A program made the position numbers and the translations under genes. Of a DNA stretch of 64,000 nt, positions 1-12,726 are shown one piece after another. Where the stretch lies: positions 868,001-932,000 of the forward strand of contig NW_025767102.1 in NCBI RefSeq assembly GCF_003918875.1, read 5' to 3'. The first letter of the stretch is position 1; the number at the start of each line of letters is the position of its first letter. The notes beneath the pieces are model-generated. The model saw only the letters and a list, made by a program, of their open reading frames with translations, was not told where the DNA came from and made no database searches. The DNA comes from Haliotis rubra (lineage: Eukaryota).

Positions 1-2393
1 ATTAATGAAAAGGCACCTTCTCTATCATATGATTTCCAATTTTGAAACATTATATAGAATCTTTCTTGGAGCAATCAAAAGTAAGTACATTTGTTTTGGA
101 TACATTTATATTAAGTCTCCATATTTTACCTTATGTATCAAGGCAATCTGACACTGATGACATTGCCTTGAACATCTAGAGATAGACATCTAACCCACAG
201 GGGCTTGAAACGCATTGAAAACGTCATCAAGGTATATATTGTCACTGAAAGGGTCTTAGCACTATATAGAGAGCAAAGTCCCCATCAGTGTCAATATATA
301 CCTTGATGCTATTTTTGCGTTAACAATATAGGGTGACCACTTTCAGGGACAAAATGCTCAATCAAGTGGCGCCAAATCTTTGTGCAACGAAGACTTGCGT
401 TCTAAATTACAAATTAGTAGTAGTAACACAATAATATTGTGTTAGAAGGGAAAGTGGTTTTGTACATTCAATATTTGCTGTGAATATGGAAAGCATTTAG
501 TTATGTTTATCTTCTCCGACATATGTTATATCTAATGTAAAAATTAACTTTGCGAAATACCTTTTCTATTGTCTATTAAAACATCAACTATGGTAATTTT
601 TCACATTCTTATCCGATAATCAAACAACATAACTCATTTCATTCCAGTTTTAGTATGGTAAACTGCATGTTAGCACAAATTTGATGTCAGGAATATTATT
701 CTCTTTACTAGGATATGGCCGGACGTCACACACAGGCACGGTTCGAGTTCAGCCTCAGGAAGAGATTGACGCCTCATGATATCGCAGACATGTTCAACGA
801 CTTTGCTGAAGACTATGAACAGGTAACAGAGGGCATGAGGAGAACATTTCATAATTTGACCAAAATGATGTCCAATACAACAGCCTAGTTCAAGTTTGCC
901 ATAATAGCTGTATCTCTGACTTTTGAACACGACTCCCAATACGTTTGTTGAATCGTGGTAGACAGATCAAGCTCGACTGTACCCGAAAACTTATGTTATG
1001 AAGACACCTAAGACATGATAAACATATTGACTTTGTTGTTTACTTGCCTAAATCGAATTCTGCAGGTATACAGAAGCATCGGTTGGAAACGTTATGAAGT
1101 TGTCGGAGACTTCATGGCTAAAATTATCCCAGAGGAAAATAGATCAAAACTAAAAGTCTTGGACGTTGCAGCTGGCACAGGTCTTCTTGGAAATGAGGTA
1201 AATAATAGCTTAAAAACCCTTTCACATCCATAGAAACTCTCTTTTAAAAGCAGAGTCGATAGAACAAATCCGACTACATCGTGAGCATGTATTTATGCAT
1301 TACTATCAAATAATGGCGATACCAGATGTTCGCGAAAGGAAGGCAAATCTTGCCCCACCCGTGGCACTCATTAAAAACAAATAGTCAATTGTTCTCCAGA
1401 ATCAAAACCACGTTGGCGTGTTCAAAATATGGAATTGCACTTTGTCACCAATGCGTCAACTTTGGAAATGTCCTCTACATGTCTACCATAAAATGTTTTA
1501 AAAGTTTTTCTCAGGCCATGTGGTACAGTCATGTACAAAGTTGACAAATAATGTTTTAAGAGAGTTGAACTTGGTAGTACTACGTTCCTGACAGTGTAAC
1601 AATTGACTTTGAAAATGTGTCTTTGAGAATCTTCATTGTAGTTCATTTGTATCAAATACTGTCTGTGAATGTAAGGAAAGTCCTTCCTTGACAGTGTTTA
1701 AACGGCTATTGTTTTGGTTATCTTTGAGACAGACATTTGGTCTTACAATTGATGGAGCTGGGATTGTTTCTGTCTCTGTACGGATTGTTAATGGAGATTT
1801 GGAATCCAGTTCAAAAGAGAAATGGGACATGTCTCCAGATTTTAGGGTGAAGCCAAAGGTTGATAGAATTTATTGATGGTTTGGGCAGATTTCTTACTCG
1901 GTTAACATACTGACCATATAAGTGACATTTCGCGAACAGCTGGTATCATCACTATTTCACAGTGATTCATAAACACATGCTCTGTGTCATCGTATCGCAT
2001 GGTGACAATCGCTGGATTGTCTGGTAAAGACTAGATTTTGTTTACAAACAACATGGTACAGATGTAATTTTGCTTAAACAGTTGTACAATCGACTCTGCT
2101 TTTATCAGAGATTTCTTGTGGATGTGGAACGAGTTTGTCTCGTCTACATATTATGTAATTGTCAGTTGGACAACTAAAACCTTTTCATGTAGGGCAGTTG
2201 GACCGTGGCCATATATGTTCCTCCTTTCGGTGCGTAAATTCTAACAATGACGACAGCGAGCTCTGTATGAAATCCAGGCCCCCGTTTCACAAAGCTATCG
2301 TAGCACTACGACTGTCGTAATTGTAGGAGGCATTTTTTTACTTATATACGGGGCCCAGGTTCCATTCCTTTCCTGGCCCATTTTTTACTTATA

Positions 2394-3919
2394 TACTGAA
2401 CCACAAAAGAAACGTCGGTTTTCGAAACCTAATGCAACATTTTGTTCTTGCAAGGTGATGTTATATTATGATTGTACCGTTTGTTAACATGTTTTTCAAT
2501 CCAAATTGACAGTTATTACAAACATCAGTGTGCTTTCTGATTAAAAAGCATATCGACCAAATGCACCGAAAAAGGCAGACATGGTAAAAGGTTCCGTATG
2601 GCATTCATGAAAATGAAAATGTAAGTGCATGTTGTGACAACCCTACCAATAAAAGCAAGTCCCAAACTCGCCTGAAATCATTTTTGTTTTGACACAATCA
2701 CCATGCCACGACGTACGAGACTTCAGAGGAACCAAGTCTTGTGATGCTATCAAGTTGTCCAGACTGCACGAAGGATAGCCAATCATTTTAATGTCCATGT
2801 TAGGACAATCTACCGACTGCAGGAGTGGTATCGGGTCACTAACAGCATCCAAGACGGTCCACGCAGTGGGCGACCTTCAGTAACGTCAAGACCGACAGAT
2901 AGTGCGCCATCATCTGCAGGATCGCTTCCCCAGAGCGACGGAAACACCACGCCATACTACTGGGACTAACAACAGACCCATCAGTGCCGGTACAGTGCGT
3001 CGATGTTTGCGCGGAAGAAACCTCTGCTGTCACAGACCCTATCGTAGTCCTGTCCTCACCGATCATCACCGTCAAAACCGACTGCAATGGGCAACTAAGC
3101 ATCGAAATTGGCGTTGTCGACAATGGAAAACTCTTATCTCATGAAAGCTGATATTGTGTTTCGACAGTCGATGGCAGAGTGAGACTAAAGCAAAGGCGTG
3201 AGAAAATGTTTTCCATTTAGTGTATTCTTGAAAGAGACTCGTGGGGTCAATCATAGTGTGGTGTGCAATCAGTCTGAACCAGTTAGTTGACACCGTGGTG
3301 TTCCATAATCTTGGTCTAGGATGAGGAAATGACGTGACAGCTGCTCGCTATATTGATTATGTCATAAGATCCCGATTTGTACCTCATTTTGGACGTTACA
3401 GAGAACACATCTTCCACATCTTCCAGCAAGACAACGGTCGTGCCCACATTACCAGAGCAACGTTGGACTTCCTAAGACAACATGGCATCTAAACCCTACA
3501 ATAGCCCGCACTCAGTCCGGATTGAAGTCCAATAGAACACCTTCGGGACGAGATTCAAAGACTGAATGTCCTCAAATCAAGGCCGACAACTGTGGTTGGA
3601 CTCCATCAGGCATTTTGCAGAGTATGGACCCAAATGCCTATGGCCTTCATCAACCGGCTAATTCATTATATGTACAGACGATGCAACGCTTTCATCGATG
3701 CCCATGGAGGCCAAACACGATACTAACTTTGGAGTATCTTAATGGTACCAGGTTTGGTGATTTTGTTTGTGTGAACTCTAAATGTGATTCCCGAAAATGT
3801 GTTAACCATAATTGTCAAGTTTGACCTCAGTCCTCCGTTTTGATTGTTAATTAGTGTGAATTAAAATGTGTGCTTTAAGGAAATGGCTATCGGTGCGACA
3901 TTTCTTGTGTGGTTCAGAA
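2394..3919 (+). mobile_element. Tc1/mariner transposon, decayed, in an intron of copy 1
   Basis: Imperfect TIRs TACTGAACCACAAAAGAAACGTCG / CGACATTTCTTGTGTGGTTCAGAA flanked by TA. Frameshifted transposase from 2703 with ISAGTVRRCLR, FQQDNGRAH and PALSPD-like motifs. Confidence 0.9.
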
Positions 3920-5399
3920 TAGTTTGACAGCATCCCTACTGATTGTAATAAATAATCCGAATTGGAAAGATAATATTTTGGGGCATATTTGAATAACGGT
4001 TTTATATTGTCAATAATACAGAGGCCCCCTGTGATTACATAGCCTACAGGTTGGTAGCAGTAGTATGAGTCTTGGTGGCCACAAGTAGACTTAATTTTTG
4101 GGGAAACTGGTTTTTGTCTCAGGATGTTACATGAATTTACACCATCAATTTCCATGTTTTCAAAAACATGAACTGGCGGTCTTTGTCTGGGTTAGCAGAG
4201 ATACTAATGACAGATGCCCGCTCGATATGAACTATACCAAATGATTTGTTGATAAGGAGCAACAATGGAAACATTTTGTTACTATTTCACTTTGGCAGTT
4301 TTAAAATTTACCATGTTTTGATGAAATGGAACATTTAACAGTAAACATACCCTCCACATACAACCCTAGTATAATGACCTGAACAGCCTTTACGTTGCAA
4401 TATCGAGACAAATTGTGTCAGTCAGCAATTTATGTTCACTGATACGGCAGCTTCTAAATACTACCACAATTTTGTAGATTTGTAATTTCAAAACCTTGAA
4501 AACATTTTATATAACATGTATATTTACTGAATATTTTGCTCTCCAAAATTGACAGATCAGTTCTTAAACTTCTATAACTTCTATATTTACATTCTTTGGT
4601 CATGGTTGGGGAATCAATCTCTTGATTTTCTTCAGACCAAAATACTTATATGTGAGCAACTGTACTTGAAACGTTCCAGCTAAAGAATCATGGGTTCACA
4701 CACATCGATGCTTTGGATCCAGCAGAGAAGATGCTGAGTATGGCCAAACGTCGCAACATCTACCAAAAGATACCTCTGTGCATTCATGAACAGAGACAGG
4801 AACAATGCCATAGAAACGGGTGAGAAACACAATCAAAGTAAATGCTTAGTGTGGTCGTGTTCAATGGGTCGACACAACTGATATCAAAACCACCGAAAAA
4901 GAAATATATTTGAGACATTTCTCTTAAAATATTTATCAGCCGTTAATAAGTTATAATGGCAAAAACATGATTTTCATAAACGTCAATTGTGTTCCGTTTT
5001 TTTAGGATGAAAAATGCACAAGATTAGACTATTTTTTTCTGACGAACATTGGTGTGATGACCATGTTGTTGCTAATCACTTCTCAGTTCCACGGCCGGTC
5101 TCATTGGTTTCATCCTCGATAATCTCCAGGGTATACGTACCGATATACCTCCACTATACCCTGGATGCCTCTACGGATGATTTTATTACCTCCTTTGGCT
5201 GCCTTTATCCAATCAGGTGTCTACGCTGGGACGTTCAGCGCACCAATCACAAGGTTTCTATCATAACTCACTTTCGCTTTTTTATCTAACCGATTAAACT
5301 TGGCAACACAGTTGTTGCAGAGGTACTCTGAAGCAGGTAGAAGGAGTTCTTGCATATATTTTGAAGGTTTCAGACCTGTCGCACAGCGAACAAACATCA

Positions 5400-6030
5400 C
5401 TGGAACAGCATCAACTTACCAGAATTTTTAAACGTAGCAATTGTGTGTGATTTTTAAATTATGAGATACAATTACTCGCACAAGATCATCACCTTCCCTA
5501 CAATCGCCACGGCTGAAGTGATGCAAAATCGAAAGTACCATCGATCATTTGGTACGATTAGAATCTATGTTAAAATCGCCGCCAGTATCTAAACAACATG
5601 TGTCTCTATTTTCTTTGACTTGGTGAAAGCGTACGATACTACTTGGAAGCATATGTAAACCTTGGAAAATGGTTTAATTTTTCTAAATCCAAAACAAATT
5701 GTATACATTTCTGTAGAAAATATAAACCGCATAAAGACCCAGAACTATTTTTAAATGGCACAATCCATCAAGGTTGTCAAAGAGGCCAAGTTCTTGGGAC
5801 TTATTTTTTACTTCCTCATCTGACTCCTCATCTGACTCTCATCTTTTAATGACAATCGCCAGCGGCTGAAGGAATGGTAAATCCAGAGGGTCCATGCATG
5901 TAGCAAAGGTACTGTAAGTCCCCATGGTCCCTAGTATGGAGATCTACCTTCAGTTGTTGGTGATCTATAGCCCGTTTTTATATTGTATTGACCTAATTTG
6001 AAATCCAGTTTTAGAGATAGATACTAGTTT
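5400..6030 (+). mobile_element. Scrambled fragments of the I-group LINE (RT and 3'UTR)
   Basis: FNFSKSKTNCIHFCRKYKPHKDPELFLNG and the 3'UTR motif gtactgtaagtccccatggtccctagtatgg both match the LINE at 56206-62173. Confidence 0.75.
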
Positions 6031-7207
6031 TACTTTTTGTGTCTGTGATATTGTTGAAATATTTATATAAAATATATATACATTTTTCAATACACACTTG
6101 ACTACCTGCAAAACGGATATAGCTGTAACTGTTCCCAGTAAAATCCCCATGATGAACAGTAATTACGGTTATTATCAAGCCATTTTCAAGATGATGCCTA
6201 TTACCTACCCGCACATAATTAGCTGTGTCCTACCCATTATGTAGCGCTGAACTATTGATGTAAAATGGGACACAACTTTCTTAACTATTCTGCTTATATT
6301 TGCTTAGATCACTATGACCACATTGTGGCATCGGGTGCTTTTAATGAAGGTCTGGTTCCCTGTGACGCCTTCCAGGAAATGATTCGGATCGTTAAACCAG
6401 GTGACGATCTTATTTGAATTTGGCTCTATATGTGTTCTTGTGTGTGTTTGTCTGGTTGTAATCATCGGCAGACTACATAACTTTAAAACTAACGATGTAT
6501 ATTTTATATTTTGATTGTTGTCAGAACATGTGTTCGTAAATCTGTAAAACTCGAGAAAAACATAATAGTTTCCCCATGATGTTTTCTGGAACAAATCATA
6601 TCCCAAAGAATGCACCATTGACTTTCAATCTTCAAATTTCACGAAATATCAATTAATTTATATTTTCGATTCTTCTTAGAATTTGCCTTCACCATCCTGA
6701 CTATATCAGGATTTGTTGTGCATATTAGCTTGACTTGGTTGATGCATGTCATTATATCCAAGTTGCATAGATCGATGCTTATGATGTCAATCACTGGATT
6801 ATTTGCATAATGCCGTCATATAGCTGGAATGATGCTGAAGACGCCGTAGACAACAAGCAAACATTCACTAACTAAATAACTCAAAATTTAATACTCCCTA
6901 GGTGGTCGAATCACTTTCACGGTTCCAACCAAGTTCATCAACAGCTCAGACAACTTACGGGATCAGTTACTTCCCCTTATAGACAAGCTGGCACAAGAGG
7001 GCGTGTGGGAAGTCACTTCCGTTGCACTGGCAGATGGGGAAACATCTCCTACAAACGGTCCGGCGACTTTGTTTAGTTTGAAGGTTCTTATGTCAGAAAA
7101 GAAGTTTTAAGAATCTAGAAATGTCTGTTCCTTATTACATACTAATGCTTCTCATCTCACAAGACAGCTTAAGAAACAAAAAGACCAGTATTGATCAGCG
7201 TAATGAT

Positions 7208-8745
7208 CATTATACCCTTGGAGCTGTGATTAAGCCATAGCGATACTGTTGTATTGATGTGTAACATTCGTTAATTCTAGAATACAATTATCAATTACCA
7301 CATGGCTTTGTTGTTTGTTGGTTCCACCACGTGGTTCATTACGGACTGATTCCCGGTTAATGGTTTTGTTCAACTTGGGAATCAACCTTCGTGTCTCCTT
7401 CATTGATTTCCAGGAACCGACATTTCAAGCAATGAACTCGACATACCACAGTTTAAGGTTATAACTTGCTCAATCAAGTGTTTAGGTTTCCTGTCAATGC
7501 ACAATAAACGCACTTAGGTAATTATCCTTACATATATTACACTAGTGTTATGTTTTTCCAACTCCCAGAACAATTTTGAATTATAGAATTATAGTTCCTT
7601 GATAAATTTGTTATCAAGTGCTCAAGTGCCATGCCAATATTTAAATTCAGTTATGTATCGAAACACACCTGTCACTCTTAAAATATCCGGCGTATGCTAT
7701 GTCCGTTGTTTCAAATCTTGCCTGTCATTATTTCATTTAGCAGTTAAAGGTTTACTGTGTTACAAGCATTCCTTAACACCAAACGGAATCTGTTTTTGAG
7801 GACAGTCTAGACTGGGTATCCGTTTGCAATTTTTGTTTTTGTGAAGTGTTCATTCCCCAAGTGGGGCGGTAGGGTAGCCTAATGGTTAAAGCATCCATTA
7901 TACCCAGGGAGCTGTGATTAAGCCACAGCGATACCGTTGTATGGATGTGTCACATTCGTTAATTTTAGAATACAACTGTCAACTACATGACATGGCGTTG
8001 TTGTTCTTTGGTTTCACCACGTGGTTCATTACGGCACCCGTGAAGGTCCGGATTAGAATATTGGCCTTCAGTAACCCATGCCTTGTCGTAAGAGGCGACT
8101 AACGGGATCGAGTGGTCAGGCTCGCTCACTTGGTTGACACATGTCATCGGTTCCCAATTGCACAGGTCGATGCTCATGCTGTTGATCACTGAATTTTCTG
8201 GTCCAGACACGATTACTGACAAACCGCCGCCATATAGCTGGAATATTGCTGAGTGCGGCGTAAAACTAAACTCAGTCACTCACTTCATTACGGACTGATT
8301 CTCGGTTAACGGGTTTGTTTCAACTTGGGAATCAACACGTAAGAAAAAACTTCACGTATCCTTCTTTGATTTCCAAGAAACGACTTGATTTGTTCAAAAC
8401 AAGCAAGACATATCAAGTAATGCACTTGATATACGACAGTTTGAAGTTATAACTTGCTTAGTCAAGTGTATCCAATCAGTGCACAAAAGTGATACTTAGG
8501 TAACTATCACATATATTACACAAGTGTTAAGTTTCTCCAACTCCCAGAACAGATTTGAATTATAGACTGACAGTTCCTTGATACATTTGCTATCAAGTGT
8601 TCTTCAAGTCCTCTGTATTCTACACATGCCAATATTCAAATTCATTAACACCAAAGGGAATCTGTTTTTGGGGACAGTCCTTTTGCAATTGTTGATGATG
8701 TACATTTGTTGTTTTTGTGAAGTGTTCATTTCTCAAGTGAACACG
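7208..8745 (+). repeat. Local tandem duplication of about 650 bp in the 3' flank of copy 1
   Basis: 7208-7860 aligns with 7896-8745 (cattataccc..ggagctgtgattaagcca). The second unit carries a SINE at 8035-8283 and the first shows the empty site. Confidence 0.8.
8035..8283 (+). mobile_element. tRNA-less SINE-like element (family 2) with structured 5' end and LINE-type 3' tail
   Basis: 10-bp TSD TTCATTACGG (8025-8034, 8284-8293), empty site near 7335, ACTC-like tail. Confidence 0.85.
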
Positions 8746-8989
8746 AAGGTTAACCAAGAAATCGGTCTGTACTGATTTTTTTTAAATAACCACGTATAAT
8801 CATGATCAATTAACAATCAGCAAGAAATACTGAAATACACGGCTTTCATTAAAGGCACTACGATAGGTCAAATGGGTGTTAACAAGAAAAACAATAGGCC
8901 CTGATACAAACGTCAGAGGAATCTTGAATTTCAAGTATTTGTGAGAGTTTTTCACAATGGAATGTTTCCAAAAGGAGGCAGGTTCTTGA

Positions 8990-9166
8990 GGGGCGGTGGG
9001 GTAGCCTAGTGGTTAAAGCGTTCGCTCGTCACGCTGAAGCCCCGGGTTCGATTCCCCACATGGGTACAATATGTGAAGTCCACGTCTGGTGTCCTCCGCC
9101 GTGATATTGCTGGAATATTGCTAAAAGCGACGTAAAACCAAACTCACTCACTCCCTCACTCACTCC
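8990..9166 (+). mobile_element. tRNA-derived SINE (family 1)
   Basis: A box TAGCCTAGTGG, B box GGTTCGATTCC, (ACTC)n tail, 8-bp TSD GTTCTTGA. Confidence 0.9.
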
Positions 9167-9230
9167 GTTCTTGAATCCAGAAATCAGCCCAGTAAACAGA
9201 CAAATCATTCTAGCAAATTCCACAAAGGAG

Positions 9231-9341
9231 GACATCAGAAATGTGGTTTACACATTGTACCCATGTGGGGAATCGAACTGGAGTGATACGCGTGACAAGC
9301 GAACGCTTTAACATTCAACAGCTAGGCTACCCCACCGCCCC
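9231..9341 (-). mobile_element. Family 1 SINE, partial
   Basis: Reverse complement of the head of 8990-9166. Confidence 0.8.
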
Positions 9342-9524
9342 TCTCAGAAATCAACTGGCTAATATACTATCAGTCAAATCTCTATAAAACTATCACATAA
9401 TATCACATAACAGACCAATTCTTACATATTTGAGACTATATATCATCACAGTATTTCACAAACACACATGAAGTGTAGGTAAGGTGTATTTCTATATAGG
9501 GTAACATCTGTATATGCATTGAGT

Positions 9525-9760
9525 TGTTATTGTTGTTGTTGTTGTTGGTTTGTTGTTTAACGCCCCGCCCAGCAATATTCCAGCTATATGACGGCGGTCT
9601 GTAAGTAATCGAATCTGGACCAGACAATCTGATCACTCCGGTGAACAACAGCATGAGCATAGATCTACGCAAATCATCGAGCCTGACCATGCATCCTACG
9701 CCGTTAGTCGCCTCTTACGACAAGCATGCGTTGCTGAAGACCAGTTCTAACCCGGATCTT
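9525..9760 (-). mobile_element. Family 2 SINE
   Basis: Reverse complement of 8035-8283 with a (CAA)n tail. Confidence 0.8.
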
Positions 9761-9786
9761 GAACTTTAGGGGAATGAATCCCATTC

Positions 9787-9853
9787 GGGATTCGAACCCA
9801 CACCAGTTTAATCGCAAGCACGCAAAGTCAACGATCTAACCCACTCAGCCTCC
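9787..9853 (-). mobile_element. tRNA-like head of a third SINE family
   Basis: Minus strand reads GGCTGAGTGG (A box) ... GGTTCGAATCCC (B box); no convincing cloverleaf. Confidence 0.55.
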
Positions 9854-10051
9854 ATTGGATGTCGTTGGCTTTTCGCTAACCTCAGTGTAAATTTACACTT
9901 GTGTATCTGTACAACGTGGATCTTGTCTGTCCTCTCATCGCTGGCAAATTCCGACGAGGAAGCAGAATCAACTTGGCTGCACCATGTCTTGGTCGGAAAC
10001 TTCCGCATATATATTTCCGTTTGGGATATTATCAGTATCTCATGTGTAAGA

Positions 10052-10293
10052 GACCCGTGAAGATCCGGGTTAGAATGAACCTTCAGTAACCCATGTTTGT
10101 CGTAAGAGGCGACTAACGGGATCGGGTGGTCAGGCTCGCTCACTTGGTTGACACATATCATCGGTTCTCAACTGCACAGATCGATGCTCATGCTGTTCAT
10201 CACTGGATTGTCTGGTCCAGTCTCGATTATTTACAGACCGCTGCCATATAGCTGGAATATTGCTGCGTAAAACTAAACTCACTCACTCACTCG
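10052..10293 (+). mobile_element. Family 2 SINE
   Basis: 9-bp TSD TGTGTAAGA; (ACTC)n tail. Confidence 0.85.
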
Positions 10294-10690
10294 TGTGTAA
10301 GACAGGGGTGCTTCAACATATACTGTATATATAAGGAAGGCTTATAAATATTATAAACATGTTATATCATACTTAATAGTAGGAATCCTTTCACAGATGC
10401 CTAGATCGAGGACTCATGGAGACGCCAGACACTTGACCCTTAAAAAATAATTTGTTTCCAGAAGATATTCGTAGAATACAAGCATCAGAACTGTGACCAA
10501 GAGGAAATGGTTTTGTTGCTCTCATTGACAGTGCGTGGAATTGATGGTAAAACATCAGAGGAACAAGCTGGTTTTCGATATGGGTATTCCATACCAGACA
10601 TCATAGTTGAATGCCTTCTGAATGAAAAGAAAAATTAGTACGACATTTTAAACAATAAAGTAAACATACCACAGTTTAAGGTTATAACTG

Positions 10691-10885
10691 GCCCATGAAG
10701 ATCCTGGTCTTCAGCAACCCATGCTTGTCGTAAGGCGTGACTAGCGGGATCGGGTGGTCAGACTGGCTGACTCGGTTTACACATGTCATTGCATCCCATT
10801 TGCGTACATCGATGCTCAATCTGTTGATGACTGGTTTGTCTGGTCCAGACTCGATTATTTACAGACAAACAAAACAAATCAAACC
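10691..10885 (+). mobile_element. Family 2 SINE, internally deleted
   Basis: Aligns to 10052-10293. Confidence 0.75.
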
Positions 10886-11264
10886 AAAAATCCAAGGCAA
10901 AGCCTGAGGCATTGAGAAAATATAACATTTTTAAATTGCTTTTACAAACTCCATCATAAATTATAGAACTGTCATCAAATATAAAACGGATCGGTGCTCT
11001 GTTTTGCAGGCAGAGGCTTGACAGATCCCTCTTTGAAACTGAAACAACATTCTAATATGTCCTGTGCCTTCCGGTGCCTTCCGGTGCATTCTACAGTAAA
11101 TATAATACACTAATTCCAAGGGAATTTTTAGCGGTGCCATCTCACTCTTGTTCTCTGTCTTTATATGGTCTATATTTTCTGCAAAAATCAATACAACTGC
11201 GTTTGGTTTTCGATAATTTAAATCCATTTATGTGTTATATTTAGACGTAACTGAAGTTTCCGTT

Positions 11265-11630
11265 CAATCAGTTAATTTCTATTTTCTCACCTTTTGGGGT
11301 ATGCATGTTTTTATTATGACAAGAGACATTAAAATCATCCACAAAGAGCGATCCATCAATTGAGTCGCTTAAAACCGTTGACAAACTATAAATTTTAATG
11401 CTAAATAATGTGACGGACAAAGTGCATCCATGTGGGACACCCCGATGTGACTGTAAATGCCACGTTGGGTACAACCCAAGCACACTTAAAATTTACAAAT
11501 TTGGATATAAATTAAGGCAAACGGCTTTTTCTAATTAAAACAAGATATACATTCCCTGTCGTTGTTTTTCTATAATGGCATTTTTGACAAATGACTCTAA
11601 ACGCACTAAATGATGACCTTATCCGACAGG
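11265..11630 (-). mobile_element. I-group LINE RT fragment
   Basis: GVPHGCTLSVTLFSIKI..SLFVDDFNVSC. Confidence 0.8.
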
Positions 11631-12726
11631 CTGGTAGCGATTAGTACTTACGAAGCTGTCAGCGTTCGGTTTTAACATGATGGGGTGAATATGGTTATAT
11701 AAAAAGAACTTTGGGCCTGCTCGAATATTGCGAAACTGTTTTTTGTTTCTGAACTGGTTTCTCCTGTCATAAACGAGTGTCTAGATTCGGATACATCGTT
11801 TTAAAGTGAAACTAAATTCTATTTTTATAAACGAGTGGATGGTTTCACCATCCGGTTTCAAAATGGATACCCCCAAAATGTCCCAGCTACTATATATGTG
11901 GAACGAATTGGATTGCAGCATATTTTTTTGTTATTTTATCAGTGAATTAACAAATAATAAAGAGATAAGATGCTTTTGGAGGTGAATATTTGCATATATG
12001 TAATCATACTGTTACTGTAATTATATGTATACAATTTACATAAAATAGCCATGTTCAGTAGACTGGGGTTTGGATAATGTTTTCCTAGGTCTCAGTTGAT
12101 TTATTATTATTTTGGTTACAGAAACTGCTGCTCTATTTTGCCACCAAGATCAGCCGAACTTGGCGCTTGCAAATGCAGATCAGCCTGGTGGCTTCATGGT
12201 CCAGATATGCCCCAAAGGGTTAAGATTGGGGCTCACTCAATCGTGAGATATGTCTTAGTGTATAGTTCACGAATCAGGATTCCTTGACACCATGTAAAAT
12301 GTTATTTGTTATTTATAGAAAAATATTCATACATGTATACTAAATTGGCGAGTATAATGCATTTAAATGGGACATGTTCCTGTCAAGTGTCATTGCAAAA
12401 TGGTAAATGGTCAATGTTCGGTATATTCCGAGGTAGGCAGTATTTAGTATCGCAGAACAACAAGTTCAGCATCAAGTCGAGAAGAAGGGATACTGTCCAT
12501 TGGAAGTGTTGCAATAAGGATTGCACGTCCACCATCAGGATTAACCTGTCAGCAGCTACAGAGACACTCACAACCAGAAGTAGACAAGTTGCTTGGTAAG
12601 CCCAAGGAAGTTGGGAGGACATCTTCGACGCTAATCCCTACACTCTATATGAAAGAACTCGCTCGAGGTACGTATTTTTATAAATAAAGGTGTTCGCCAA
12701 TGTTTTACATTAAGTACCAATACAAT

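Larger units (their letters stand above)
715..7110 (+). pseudogene. METTL27: METTL27/WBSCR27-like methyltransferase, copy 1 (+1 frameshift in coding exon 3 as assembled; may be a homopolymer error)
   Basis: Exons 715-822, 1066-1197, 4680-4819, 6308-6400, 6902-7110 with GT-AG introns. Motif I VLDVAAGTG, then FTHIDALDP..ML and EMIRIVKPGG. Exon 3 is 140 nt versus 139 nt in the paralogues (AAAA at 4765-4768). Confidence 0.85.

Noticed and set aside
8033-8046. 14-nt identity between the SINE2 start and the LINE ribozyme start, suggesting SINE2 has the same HDV fold
   Set aside because: The leading GG belongs to the TSD, and there is no P1 3' strand or UCCUCG loop; the structure is reported separately.
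8990-9060. tRNA gene
   Set aside because: The A and B boxes belong to a multi-copy SINE with body, tail and TSD.
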